From positions 124,001 to 188,000 of the IMG/VR virus record IMGVR_UViG_3300032315_001715: a stretch of DNA of 64,000 nucleotides, one strand, 5' to 3'. The notes below the pieces were generated by a model. The model made no database searches. It saw only the letters and a program-made list of their open reading frames with translations, and had not been told where the DNA came from. Shown one piece after another: positions 8,842 to 18,499 of this stretch. The position numbers and the translations under genes were made by a program. Each line of letters starts with the position of its first letter. Position 1 is the first letter of the stretch.

Positions 8842-11800
8842 TTATCCTCGTGCAGCACGATTGATGGCGCTGGTAAAGCTTTCCGGTTCAATCATTCTTG
8901 GATTATTGATCATGTCGGCCTTGAGTTCAAGCCAGTATGCTCGTGCATCTGCACTTTCAAACATCTTCTTGCTCTTTCGACCGCTCTTGGTGGTATAGAT
9001 CACACCATATGGTGTAATGTTTTTGACTTCTTCCAGTGCGGCAGCCTTGTTGAGGCTTTCAATTGTTCGTAGCATGCCGATCACACCTTCTTGCATCTGC
9101 TGGCGAATGGTGTTCTTAGCTGCGGCAATCGTCTTGTTAACAACTGCGATCCTGTCTAGTATCGAGTCGCCTTCGAGACCGTATCCCATCTGTAGAGGAT
9201 CAGATGCCGTACCTTCCTTGAGCAACGACTTGAATTCATTGCGATGTGCAAGCATTTGAGCTTCAAGCTGCTGTAGCTCAACCTTGGCTTCAGCAAGTGC
9301 CTTTCCGGTACTTACAAAGCTTTCGTCCTTCTTGCCGAACTGCTTCCATGCAGTTGCATAAAGAACTTCCTGCCAGCGATTGCCATAACGCTTTTTGAAA
9401 TCATCCTTGTTGCTCTTGATGAAATCCTCGGCCTTCTTGCCAGGGGGTGCAGTTTCTTCGACCTCAGATTCGTTGACCTGCTTTGACAGCTTCTTTATTG
9501 CTGCCTTTGCGTTTGCGATTTCCTTGTTGAGATCCTTATTGCCTAGGTTTACACCGCTGGCCTTTTGCTTCTCAAGCTTCTTCAGTTCGGCCTTCTTGTT
9601 GTTGAGATCTCTTGTCGAGGCGCTGATCTCGGAGTCTAGTGCTTCGTCAACCTCTTCCTTCTTGGTGTTGTCTGCTTTCTTGTTCTTTGCCTTGGCCTTC
9701 ATCTTTTCGATGTTTTTCTTGAAAGCATCTGGTATCTTGCCCTCGGTTAGCCCTGGATTTGCACGCATGATGCGAGCCTTCGGTAGGGTCATTTCTGATC
9801 CATCTGGCTTCTTAAGGGTTATCTTGTCTCCGTCAATTTTAATGATCTCGTATCTCGGTGTTGCCTTTGGATTGGTCACATTGACCTTTTTACCAACAGC
9901 TAGGCTTTCGGCAACCTCATCCTTTTTAGCACGACCGAGAGGTTCGGTTTCACCCTGGGCTGCTGTTGGCCCAGTTTCAGTGCCAATTGCAGCTAGATCG
10001 GCTGATATGTCACTATCATCACCTTCTTCGCCGCCCTCGGTACCAGCGCTTTCAATGTCCGATGTAGCGGCAGGTATTCCTCCACTGTTAAGGGTATCGA
10101 TGGCTGCGTCCATCGTTTCTTTGGTGTTGGTAGTAACCTTCAACAGCTCGTCCAGCGCAGCTTTAACGGTGCTGTTGAATCCCATAGCAACTTCTTGGCC
10201 AAACTGGCTACGCATGATGTTAACTAGCGGCATTAGATCCTCAACGCTCATCTTGGCAACGTCTTCAGCAATATCCTGAACATTGGTGCTCATGTCCTTG
10301 GCTGCTAGTATCGTTGATGCTTTGGCGAGGTCTTCTTGTTCAGAAAGATTTTGAATTGATTCAACGACTTCCTTGCGAGTGGCCTTTATGCCGTCTGCAA
10401 AATGATCGTCCATCGCATGCTGCTCAAACTGCACATAATCCATGTAGTGCTTGCATGAGCTGATGCATTCGCTAGCCGTGGTCAGCTTCATTGCGACCCA
10501 TCCCTCGAGCTTGTCTCCTGGCTTGATCATTTCAAATAGCTTGATTGAGTACTCCATGATCAGCATGAGGTTCTGTCGAGAAACACCGCCGCTGGTCTCG
10601 CCAAGGCCAGCATCCTCATCACCCTCTGGAAGTTCTTCTGGCTCAAACTTCTTGTAGTAATCGAGGTAATGATATACCTTATCAAGCAAACCTGCAGCCT
10701 TGGTAAGTGCGCCAGCGATCCACGGCTGTACCTCAGCTTGCGGATCGATCTGCTTCAACATGCTCATGGCATACTTGGAGTTACGATAAAGCTCACTGCG
10801 AGACATGCTAGCCTGGTATTCATAATGATGCGCATGTCCAACGGCCTTCCCGCCCGCTGGTAAAGTTAGTTGGCCTGTTGCAGCAGGAGCACCAGACGGC
10901 TCATCGATCATGTTTTCCATTATCGATTCATCGCCAGCACTTTCCTTGTTGTATTCCTTGTCCTTGGTCTTGGCAATCGCAGCAGGCTTTGGCATTCCGC
11001 CGGCAACCATTCGGGCAATTTGCACATCAGCGAAATCCTTATCACCGTCCTTGTCTTGGTCGACGCTGGCCTCGCTAACGGTAAGTCCGGCCTTCTTTGC
11101 GGTATTGGACACTATGTTTTGAAGTCTTGTTAGATCAGCCGGATCTAGATTGATCTTGGATGCCACCCGTGGCATTGCCTTCATGATAACTTGTAGATCG
11201 CTCTTGGTAATCCCTGTTGGTCCAAACGAGGTCTTCAATGTGGTGATTTTATCCCCAACCTTGCTGATGGCATTTAGATCAGCCAACACCGTTTCGTCCT
11301 TGCCGCCCATCATCGATGCATCGATGCCGGGATTTTGGCTATAGTCCATCATGGCCCTACCAAGCTCAGCAAAGAGATCCAGCATCGATGCTTGTTCCGA
11401 AAGTCCGCTCGGTGACTCGCTAACGGCAGCTTGCTTTGCAAACATTGCCTTGGCGTATGCCTTGACCTTTTGTTCGTTAGCTGTCAACGGAGACTGGAAT
11501 GCAGTGCCTTGGTTCACTAGCTTTTCACCAACGCGACTAAATGCGTTCATTTTTCTAAGGGTAGCGTCGTCGGTACCCCGTTGATCCTGTGACCATTGCA
11601 TCATAGCACGGCCAAGCGATATGTTGTCATTGAGATCTGGGCTCATAGTTTCTTCCATGCTTGTTTCGGTTGATTCGGCCATCCTGCGGCGACGCCTCTT
11701 TGGCGCAAGCTCCGTAAGCATGATCCTAACGGCCTCTAGGATCAGCATGCTCTTGATGTATTCTGGATTTTGTTGGTAGCTGTTGAAGCTGCTTTCCGAA

Positions 11801-11991
11801 ACGATCTCATCACGCTTGGTTTCCCAAGACGTTTTGCATTCGTTGAGGAATTCTTCCGTAGACGGTGAATCTAGGTTAATGCTCATTTGGACCCCATAAA
11901 CGTTCTTAAGGGTCGATATTATCTGATTAAGCCTGGCCTCGCCCGACGTTTCAAAGTAGTTAAGATACATTCTAACAGAACTCCCGGCCAT
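8842..11991 (-). CDS. Large acidic multi-module head/core protein
   Basis: 1049 aa; duplicated W(I/V)A..LT.A...HY(L/M)DY module; KKRYG.RW.EVLYATAWK motif; TATAAATA at 12017-12024. Confidence 0.6.
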   Translation of the reverse strand: MAGSSVRMYLNYFETSGEARLNQIISTLKNVYGVQMSINLDSPSTEEFLNECKTSWETKRDEIVSESSFNSYQQNPEYIKSMLILEAVRIMLTELAPKRRRRRMAESTETSMEETMSPDLNDNISLGRAMMQWSQDQRGTDDATLRKMNAFSRVGEKLVNQGTAFQSPLTANEQKVKAYAKAMFAKQAAVSESPSGLSEQASMLDLFAELGRAMMDYSQNPGIDASMMGGKDETVLADLNAISKVGDKITTLKTSFGPTGITKSDLQVIMKAMPRVASKINLDPADLTRLQNIVSNTAKKAGLTVSEASVDQDKDGDKDFADVQIARMVAGGMPKPAAIAKTKDKEYNKESAGDESIMENMIDEPSGAPAATGQLTLPAGGKAVGHAHHYEYQASMSRSELYRNSKYAMSMLKQIDPQAEVQPWIAGALTKAAGLLDKVYHYLDYYKKFEPEELPEGDEDAGLGETSGGVSRQNLMLIMEYSIKLFEMIKPGDKLEGWVAMKLTTASECISSCKHYMDYVQFEQHAMDDHFADGIKATRKEVVESIQNLSEQEDLAKASTILAAKDMSTNVQDIAEDVAKMSVEDLMPLVNIMRSQFGQEVAMGFNSTVKAALDELLKVTTNTKETMDAAIDTLNSGGIPAATSDIESAGTEGGEEGDDSDISADLAAIGTETGPTAAQGETEPLGRAKKDEVAESLAVGKKVNVTNPKATPRYEIIKIDGDKITLKKPDGSEMTLPKARIMRANPGLTEGKIPDAFKKNIEKMKAKAKNKKADNTKKEEVDEALDSEISASTRDLNNKKAELKKLEKQKASGVNLGNKDLNKEIANAKAAIKKLSKQVNESEVEETAPPGKKAEDFIKSNKDDFKKRYGNRWQEVLYATAWKQFGKKDESFVSTGKALAEAKVELQQLEAQMLAHRNEFKSLLKEGTASDPLQMGYGLEGDSILDRIAVVNKTIAAAKNTIRQQMQEGVIGMLRTIESLNKAAALEEVKNITPYGVIYTTKSGRKSKKMFESADARAYWLELKADMINNPRMIEPESFTSAINRAARG

Positions 11992-12044
11992 GCAAGGCCA
12001 CTTGCTTGATGGTACTTATTTATACCAATCAAGAGAGATGTTAG

Positions 12045-12356
12045 TTAGATTGAAAAGCTATTACCACACCCGCAAGTGCCGGTTGCTGCCGGTATATCAA
12101 CGGTAAAATATGAACCATCCAAGCTGACCTTGTAATCGACGGTTGCTGTGTCAATTATATCCAGGCTTGACTGATCTACGATCAATGATCCGGTACCACA
12201 AGCAAACTCAACATCGTCATCTGACACAGATTGATCAAAATCCCAGACCTTGTTAAAGCCTTGGCATCCGCCGGATTCGACGGATAACCTAACTAGCTTG
12301 CCATGCTGGCGGCACAGATCATTAATTTTAGTTTTAGCCGAATCGGTGAGTATCAT
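12045..12356 (-). CDS. IscA/HesB-family Fe-S cluster carrier
   Basis: GGCQGF and TCGCGNSF three-Cys signature; start at MILTD overlapping the upstream stop. Confidence 0.85.
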   Translation of the reverse strand: MILTDSAKTKINDLCRQHGKLVRLSVESGGCQGFNKVWDFDQSVSDDDVEFACGTGSLIVDQSSLDIIDTATVDYKVSLDGSYFTVDIPAATGTCGCGNSFSI

Positions 12357-13000
12357 TTTACCAAATTCTTGATGTTCTTTTTCGCAGCCATGCAACGATC
12401 CAAGCTAGCTTGATATCTGCTTTCAAATATATCACGTTTTGATGCATCAACTGCTGTCGACATTTTCTTCTTGTACATCAAAGCGTCTACCTTGTGAGAA
12501 GAATACTGGTCATCCTGTTCGAACAGGGTGCGAACTTCTTGGCTGTTTGCAAATCGACCAGCGTTTAGCAATCTAACCACGCCAAGTGCCGTTTCGTACA
12601 GGCTTATGTCGTCGGCAATGGTGTCACTGGTCAGGCTGTTGTAGATGCTGTAAAACTGCTTACCAGCAATCCGTTTAGGATCATCTTTGATCATGATTTG
12701 ATATCTACCAACCTTAACGCCGGTTTCTAATCTCTCGGTATTAAGAGCTTCTGATATCTGCGGGGATGATGCACCTTCCGTGATCATACCGTCAACCACA
12801 TGATTGCTCAATGAATTGAGCCGCGTTAATACCGATGCCATTGCGTTTACATCTGACCGTGTTATCTGTCCAGGTCCGGCTAACTCAATTGCTGATTCAG
12901 CAAGCGCTGTTGATCTAGGAGCATCGGGCGGCGTTTCCCCGTTCATCAATTGCAGTATTCGAGCCATTGCATCTCGATCTTCCGGTGTTACGGCTGTCAT
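12353..13000 (-). CDS. Conserved-type hypothetical protein
   Basis: 215-aa ORF in the late operon. Confidence 0.6.
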   Translation of the reverse strand: MTAVTPEDRDAMARILQLMNGETPPDAPRSTALAESAIELAGPGQITRSDVNAMASVLTRLNSLSNHVVDGMITEGASSPQISEALNTERLETGVKVGRYQIMIKDDPKRIAGKQFYSIYNSLTSDTIADDISLYETALGVVRLLNAGRFANSQEVRTLFEQDDQYSSHKVDALMYKKKMSTAVDASKRDIFESRYQASLDRCMAAKKNIKNLVK

Positions 13001-13001
13001 A

Positions 13002-13232
13002 TTAGCTCTCCCATAGTTCCTCTAGATCATTGACCGTGAAGCACAGCTTATCCTCGAACATGATCCTCGTCAATAATCCCCGTCTAACCAATCCTCTTGC
13101 TAGCTCACTTTCGCGAGGATCGAGCAAATGTTTTGGCAATGGGTCAACGTGCCCTCGAACTCGTTCCATTACCACATTTTCTTCATTGCTGACCGGTTGT
13201 AATAGCCCGCCGCGTATTTCGATGAACTTCAT
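13002..13232 (-). CDS. Small hypothetical protein
   Basis: 76 aa, tight packing. Confidence 0.55.
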   Translation of the reverse strand: MKFIEIRGGLLQPVSNEENVVMERVRGHVDPLPKHLLDPRESELARGLVRRGLLTRIMFEDKLCFTVNDLEELWES

Positions 13233-13235
13233 CTA

Positions 13236-13940
13236 TCACTCCGTTGGCGGATTTATTGTTTTCATTTTTTCGGCTGTGTTCTTGAGTAACATACCGATGC
13301 CAGTGGCCATTTCGATCTTGTCGTAAAGATCGTCGCTAACCTTTCCCTTGATATTTGCTACCTGGCTTTGCAATCCGACCATGATATCTCCCATGGTGGC
13401 AATCCTAGCAGCAGTGGCATTGTTCTTGAAGTCTCCAAGAAAATGCTTGTTGAACAAACCTGTAAACATATCAGCTTCTTCAATGATGTCCTCGGCAACT
13501 GGCGCTTGTTCTTCAGAAATGCTCGGATCAATGGTTGTTGGATTTGAAATACCAGCAAGTTGCATCATTCGATTGATGGGATTTAAGGGGGTCATGCCGC
13601 CCATCACCCCTTCGTCGATCTTGGTCAGCTTGTTTTCCCTGACCATCTTGGTCTTGCCATCATAAATGATACCGATGCAGGAATTTGGTCCCCTGGGTAT
13701 CGATATCTCGACCTCAGAGCCCTCGTAAATCACGATCTCACCCTTTTCCCAATCCTGCGAAACTGCTCCTTTGTTGGGCAAGTTCATCGCATGCTTGGCC
13801 TTGCGGCTCCATCTATCCTCAACAGAATTCCAAAGGGCGTCATCCCCGTCATTTTGTTCGACCATGATGTGTGGTGGTTTCACGATTGCCTCCTGATTAT
13901 TACCAGAAATATCTGCCATGTATTCGATTAGGGTTTTCAT
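13236..13940 (-). CDS. Hypothetical, probable head protein
   Basis: MKTLIEY N-terminus; RMMQLAGI motif. Confidence 0.6.
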   Translation of the reverse strand: MKTLIEYMADISGNNQEAIVKPPHIMVEQNDGDDALWNSVEDRWSRKAKHAMNLPNKGAVSQDWEKGEIVIYEGSEVEISIPRGPNSCIGIIYDGKTKMVRENKLTKIDEGVMGGMTPLNPINRMMQLAGISNPTTIDPSISEEQAPVAEDIIEEADMFTGLFNKHFLGDFKNNATAARIATMGDIMVGLQSQVANIKGKVSDDLYDKIEMATGIGMLLKNTAEKMKTINPPTE

Positions 13941-14095
13941 TTTCTTTCCTTGCTTATTGGGAACAAGGGCTTTGCTCGCTGGTCATACTCCGGATCTTTA
14001 TGTATCGGTGCAGCCTTGTGCGAAAGAACACCATCCTTTCGAACGATGACGATCTGCTTGGGAGTTGATTTTGCAAAAAGTTGATCTAACAACAT
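13937..14095 (-). CDS. 52-aa protein missed by the ORF track (MLLDQLFAKSTPKQ...)
   Basis: Hand translation; ATGA overlap with the next gene; TAAATA at 14120-14125. Confidence 0.55.
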   Translation of the reverse strand: MLLDQLFAKSTPKQIVIVRKDGVLSHKAAPIHKDPEYDQRAKPLFPISKERK

Positions 14096-14135
14096 GACCT
14101 TGGCTCTTACTTGATGAGATATTTATTGCAAAGAC

Positions 14136-14164
14136 AAAAAGAAAGGCGCATCTCTGCGCCTTTC
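14136..14164 (-). terminator. Rho-independent terminator
   Basis: gaaaggcgca/tgcgcctttc 10-bp stem followed by TTTTT on the minus strand. Confidence 0.8.
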
Positions 14165-14190
14165 CTTCCTTGATTCCTTTTGGAAATCTA

Positions 14191-14814
14191 TTACAGCACT
14201 AGTGCGCGGATCGCGATGGTGTTGCGCAGGGTGGTTCCTGCACCGGTACCATCTGCATCGGTGTCGAAGGTTGTTCCGCCGAGTACCGGTGTTGCTAGAT
14301 CCTGCACTGTAACTCCGTTAAGAGCTGTCAACAGCTGATATCCCAGCTCGTTGCTCTGGGCAGCGCTGCTGACATTCCAGTAACCGGTCTTTTCCGTTGC
14401 GATCTTCACGGTAGTCACCGTGGCAGATGCGCTGTAAGTGTCGCCAAATGCCGTGCCGTTTAGATAGCCAGCATAGGTAGCAGTAGACGGGTTAGCGACG
14501 GTTGCAGCAGACACACTGATCGCAACTGGGTTCACGCGCTGTGCGAAGACCTGTAGCAACAGATCCAGGTTAGCCTGCTTGACCAGTGCATCCTCGTAGG
14601 TTGCCTGGGTTGAATAGGTCACCGGTGTACCTGCACCGTTGACCACGGTCACTGGCTGCCAGGTGGTGTACAGATTTTGGATGCCGCTTAGGTCAGCGAC
14701 TGGGGTGGTAACATTGGTCTGTGCCATCGGAACCAGGGTTGCGATTGCAAAGAAATCCATGTTACCAGTGAGGAATTCACCGGCCTGAACGCCGCCATTT
14801 ACCTTATCAGTCAT
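14191..14814 (-). CDS. Probable abundant structural (decoration-like) protein
   Basis: Own TAAATA (14854-14859), strong SD AAGGAG and own terminator; Ala/Thr-rich, with no Cys or His. Confidence 0.55.
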   Translation of the reverse strand: MTDKVNGGVQAGEFLTGNMDFFAIATLVPMAQTNVTTPVADLSGIQNLYTTWQPVTVVNGAGTPVTYSTQATYEDALVKQANLDLLLQVFAQRVNPVAISVSAATVANPSTATYAGYLNGTAFGDTYSASATVTTVKIATEKTGYWNVSSAAQSNELGYQLLTALNGVTVQDLATPVLGGTTFDTDADGTGAGTTLRNTIAIRALVL

Positions 14815-14874
14815 AGTTTATCTCCTTGTAAAGGTGCAATTTGCTTGCGTGATTATTTATGTCTGACGGTCCAT

Positions 14875-16686
14875 TTACTGGCGTTTAGACCTCTTCTTCT
14901 TGGTTTTCGTCGGTGCGGTCCCAGCTGGACCAAAGAAGCTCTGCCCAGCCGGCATGCGTCGTATTACTGGCATCATTGGGCCACCGAGGCCGCTTGCAAC
15001 GCTAGCAATGCTACCAGATGACGTTGATCCCGCAGAGGACATCTCCCGTAGATCAGCAGACTTTGCAAATCCGGGCTTTGGAGTAAACGGCGGCGACGAC
15101 GGATCATTTAGATTTTGCCACTTGTTATCACCAACCTTTTTCAGCCGAACATCCACGTCCTTGCCGGTCTTTGGATCCTTGATCGTTCTATTAACCACGG
15201 TACCGATGGGATCCGTTCCGCGATTAACCGCCGTTGACGTTTGATCCGATACCACTTTCTCCCAATAGGCAACAAATGCATCCTTGCCTTTTTCCTTGAA
15301 GATCTTCTCAGCAGCAGCATCAATATCCGCAACACCGCTTTTGAATGGAACCTCAGCAGCCGGTGACCCGGCGCCTAAATCGCTTGCTATGTCATTTTGA
15401 TCAACACCAACCTTGGTCAGCACACCTTTGATCAGATCGTCTGAAATGCCACCTCGGCGTAGTATCTTAACGATGTTTGCACTATCGATTGGTCGGCCAG
15501 CTGCATTCCACAGCTTTTCCAGCTTGTCAGCGGTAACCTTGGTGGTAATGTTTTTTCCAATCTGTGCTGCTTTAGCAGCAGCTTTACCTGCAAGACCTTT
15601 AAGCGCATCAAGCGGTCCTTCTGACATGGAAAAGATCTCAAGTACCTGGGATTCGCTAAGATTGCCTGGTTTGGTTCTATCAACCGATGTTGCAGCGGCT
15701 GTTGCTCCTTGCACACCGGCAACGATCTGTCCTATGACTTTTCTGGTATTAGCAATGTCATCTCTTGCCTGTGCATACAGAGTTTGATTGTTTATCAAGG
15801 CATCGTCGATGACCTTTTGTAGCTCCGCGTTGGTTAATATTTCCTTCAATCGAGCCAATCCATTTGCACCGCGATTGAAGTTACCGTTACGCATCTCTTC
15901 AACCGATGCGTTGAACAGCACGCGGACCCTGGTTTGTAGCTCGGCTGGAATGAAGGAATTGAATTCAAACATGGTAACACCGTTGACCACATATCTCATT
16001 TCAACCCGTCGCAGGGAAACATATCCTGGTATCTTCGCCACGTCTAGCGTTAGATTCGAGAACATCTCAGCAACACCTTTGGCACCGAGGCCGGCAATGT
16101 AACCTATCACCCCTGTCTTGGCACCCCGTCCGACGGCTGTTGATAGTTTTTCTCCCTTGAGCAGTTCAACCGAACCCCGTAGTATTTGACCGGCGATGGC
16201 GCCAGCACCCGGTCCGCCACTGACGCTGGCCACGGCTGTTAGCACACCAACGACGAACGCTGTTTTTCCGGGATTTTCCTTGGCAAACTTACCAAGCGCA
16301 TCAACGCTTTTGATAACAGCCGAATCCTCGCCAAGCTTGTCGGTGATGGTTGATTTTAGTTTCTCAAATTTTTGATCGAAAAATTTAACAGGTGCGGTAT
16401 CCTGCAGCCATTTTCCGGCGGTTGACAGCAATTCCTGCGCACGAGTACCGGCATCAACGGTTTTACCAGCAAGAGTTCGATTTTTTCCTAGATCAGTAAC
16501 GGTCCGTTCAACATCGGAAAACACGTCCTTGATCTGAGAAGGACTTAACGTGGCTTCAATTAGGGGTCTAAAATGATTATACAATCCCTCGATCACCAAC
16601 CGTTGATCGGGAGTGGTACCAACACATACCGTTTCTAACAGTGCTGCCTTTCTTGGATTTGATTCGATCAGATTTTGATATCTCAT
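14875..16686 (-). CDS. Hypothetical virion/internal protein
   Basis: 603 aa; MRYQNLIE N-terminus; hydrophobic AFVVGVLTAVASVSGG segment; basic C-terminal tail. Confidence 0.6.
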   Translation of the reverse strand: MRYQNLIESNPRKAALLETVCVGTTPDQRLVIEGLYNHFRPLIEATLSPSQIKDVFSDVERTVTDLGKNRTLAGKTVDAGTRAQELLSTAGKWLQDTAPVKFFDQKFEKLKSTITDKLGEDSAVIKSVDALGKFAKENPGKTAFVVGVLTAVASVSGGPGAGAIAGQILRGSVELLKGEKLSTAVGRGAKTGVIGYIAGLGAKGVAEMFSNLTLDVAKIPGYVSLRRVEMRYVVNGVTMFEFNSFIPAELQTRVRVLFNASVEEMRNGNFNRGANGLARLKEILTNAELQKVIDDALINNQTLYAQARDDIANTRKVIGQIVAGVQGATAAATSVDRTKPGNLSESQVLEIFSMSEGPLDALKGLAGKAAAKAAQIGKNITTKVTADKLEKLWNAAGRPIDSANIVKILRRGGISDDLIKGVLTKVGVDQNDIASDLGAGSPAAEVPFKSGVADIDAAAEKIFKEKGKDAFVAYWEKVVSDQTSTAVNRGTDPIGTVVNRTIKDPKTGKDVDVRLKKVGDNKWQNLNDPSSPPFTPKPGFAKSADLREMSSAGSTSSGSIASVASGLGGPMMPVIRRMPAGQSFFGPAGTAPTKTKKKRSKRQ

Positions 16687-17348
16687 GGGGTTGTTCCTTT
16701 GAGCTTGGCTAGCTCTTGTTTGATTTTATCGATCACGGTCTGGTCAAGCTTGCTAGCAGCAGGTTGGGGCTGCGTCGCCTCTGGTGATCTTGCTAGCTGT
16801 TGCTCTGGTTCATCGTCGGGCATTTCTTGTGATCGATCGCTACGTTCTAGCCATTTAATCGCACCCAGTTCTAGGAGATAGGTTACGGCAATTTCAGCAC
16901 GTTTTGCTGAATCCGTATCATCTGGTCCCCCGATCAGCTGCGAACTTTTAGACCAGGTCTGTTTCATCACATCGGTAGATATCCGCTGACTTGGTGCGGA
17001 TCCGCCGACTTGCTTGCTTGTTTGCTTGGAAATGAGATCAAGTATTTTTGATTGAACCGTTTGGTCCTTGAATATCTTGGTAATCTCGGTACCGGTTAAC
17101 CCGAGCTGATCAGGCATGGAAAGATACTTGTATAGAGTGTTCCATGTTACCGTGTCCCATTTTTGGCCATTACGGCCCATGTGCTGGGTGAAGTTTTTCT
17201 TAGCGTCAAGCAATACCTTTGAAACCTCAGCTTTTCCTCGATGACGCGCACTGACCACGCCGGCTAGGGCATTTCCAACCAATCCAACATAATCTTTCAG
17301 GCCTTCTTTAACCGACCCAGGATCCTCGCTAATTTGCCCGATTTTCAT
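16683..17348 (-). CDS. Hypothetical protein
   Basis: 221 aa; MKIGQISE N-terminus; ATGA overlaps. Confidence 0.6.
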   Translation of the reverse strand: MKIGQISEDPGSVKEGLKDYVGLVGNALAGVVSARHRGKAEVSKVLLDAKKNFTQHMGRNGQKWDTVTWNTLYKYLSMPDQLGLTGTEITKIFKDQTVQSKILDLISKQTSKQVGGSAPSQRISTDVMKQTWSKSSQLIGGPDDTDSAKRAEIAVTYLLELGAIKWLERSDRSQEMPDDEPEQQLARSPEATQPQPAASKLDQTVIDKIKQELAKLKGTTP

Positions 17349-17590
17349 TCAGATTTCCTCAATTCTTTGATCTTTCTCATAAATTTTCGATCATCCTCAC
17401 TGAGAATGCTTCGATGCAATCGTTTTACCAAGTCATCTGCAACATCACTTGGATAGCTTTCTCGTATTAATCTAGCAAGATTAACAGCTGATGCTATTAT
17501 ATGGGTAGCTCGACTTTCGATGATGGTATGCTTGCTCTTTGCCGGAACAATCGTGTCAAGCTCGTCGATGATGTTTTTTAATAAGTCCAT
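17345..17590 (-). CDS. Small hypothetical protein
   Basis: 81 aa; TAAATA at 17616-17621. Confidence 0.6.
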   Translation of the reverse strand: MDLLKNIIDELDTIVPAKSKHTIIESRATHIIASAVNLARLIRESYPSDVADDLVKRLHRSILSEDDRKFMRKIKELRKSE

Positions 17591-17676
17591 GATTAAATTC
17601 CGCGCGTTGGTTAAATATTTATCCTAAAGTTGCTCGTCGCATAAATAGTTCAAACGATCGTATCTGGAGATTACTG

Positions 17677-18471
17677 ATGAAACAACCGTTAGCAGAGGAC
17701 ATCCGAAGCATTCTTAATAAATTAGACGAGTATATCACCTCCGTGCAGGAAGATGACCGTGTTGATACCGACGAAACATTGGATGAACAAGGTGAGACTA
17801 GCAACCCAAAAAATCCAAAGGGCGATGATGCTGCAAATGAACCGGTGGACAAAATGCTCACCAAGCCAGCTGATCTAGAAAAGATCGTCGGAAACATCAA
17901 TGTCCAGTCATTGATCACCATGTTAGAGATTCCAGAAGACCATGTTGCCAATTTCAAGAGCGCAATAAACGCTCTCAGGCATGACGAGCCACGCCTCTCT
18001 CAAGCACAGGCCATGGCACTTGCCATCGCATTCAATCACATGATGACCCTCGGTTCTACCGAAAAGACCAAAATAGCGACCACAATCCGACCGGTCACGG
18101 GTGTTATCGAAAATTTGGATGATAATAAGCTCAAGTCTTACATTGCCAAGGATCAGTCGTCAGCTTCATCCCCCGATACCATTTCCCAAATGAAATCCAT
18201 GATCGATGCCGTGAAAAATCACGGCACTCCGACCGAGAAAAAAGAAATCGGTCTAAACGAAAACAGCGTTGAGATCATCGGCTATAACAGCGGACACGGC
18301 GAAAAGCTAGACGTGGTAGCACAGGATCCAAAGCGACGACGCAAGGTTGAAATGATCCAGCTACGACTGGGCGATCGCGGACAGCCAGAATTGGTATTCA
18401 AGGATACCGACGGAGACAAATACGTCGCCGATTGGAATACAAAATACGGATGGGTTGCAGATTTTGACTAA
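17677..18471 (+). CDS. Hypothetical, probable head protein
   Basis: TAAATA at 17642-17647, SD GGAG, acidic. Confidence 0.6.
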   Translation: MKQPLAEDIRSILNKLDEYITSVQEDDRVDTDETLDEQGETSNPKNPKGDDAANEPVDKMLTKPADLEKIVGNINVQSLITMLEIPEDHVANFKSAINALRHDEPRLSQAQAMALAIAFNHMMTLGSTEKTKIATTIRPVTGVIENLDDNKLKSYIAKDQSSASSPDTISQMKSMIDAVKNHGTPTEKKEIGLNENSVEIIGYNSGHGEKLDVVAQDPKRRRKVEMIQLRLGDRGQPELVFKDTDGDKYVADWNTKYGWVADFD

Positions 18472-18474
18472 AAG

Positions 18475-18499
18475 AAAACCGGAGCATTGCTCCGGTTTT
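18475..18499. terminator. Bidirectional terminator between convergent genes
   Basis: aaaaccggagc-att-gctccggtttt. Confidence 0.75.

Noticed and set aside
9395-10279. 294-aa plus-strand ORF
   Set aside because: Antisense shadow of the 1049-aa gene; its Ser/Leu/Phe-rich composition is typical of reverse-complement frames.
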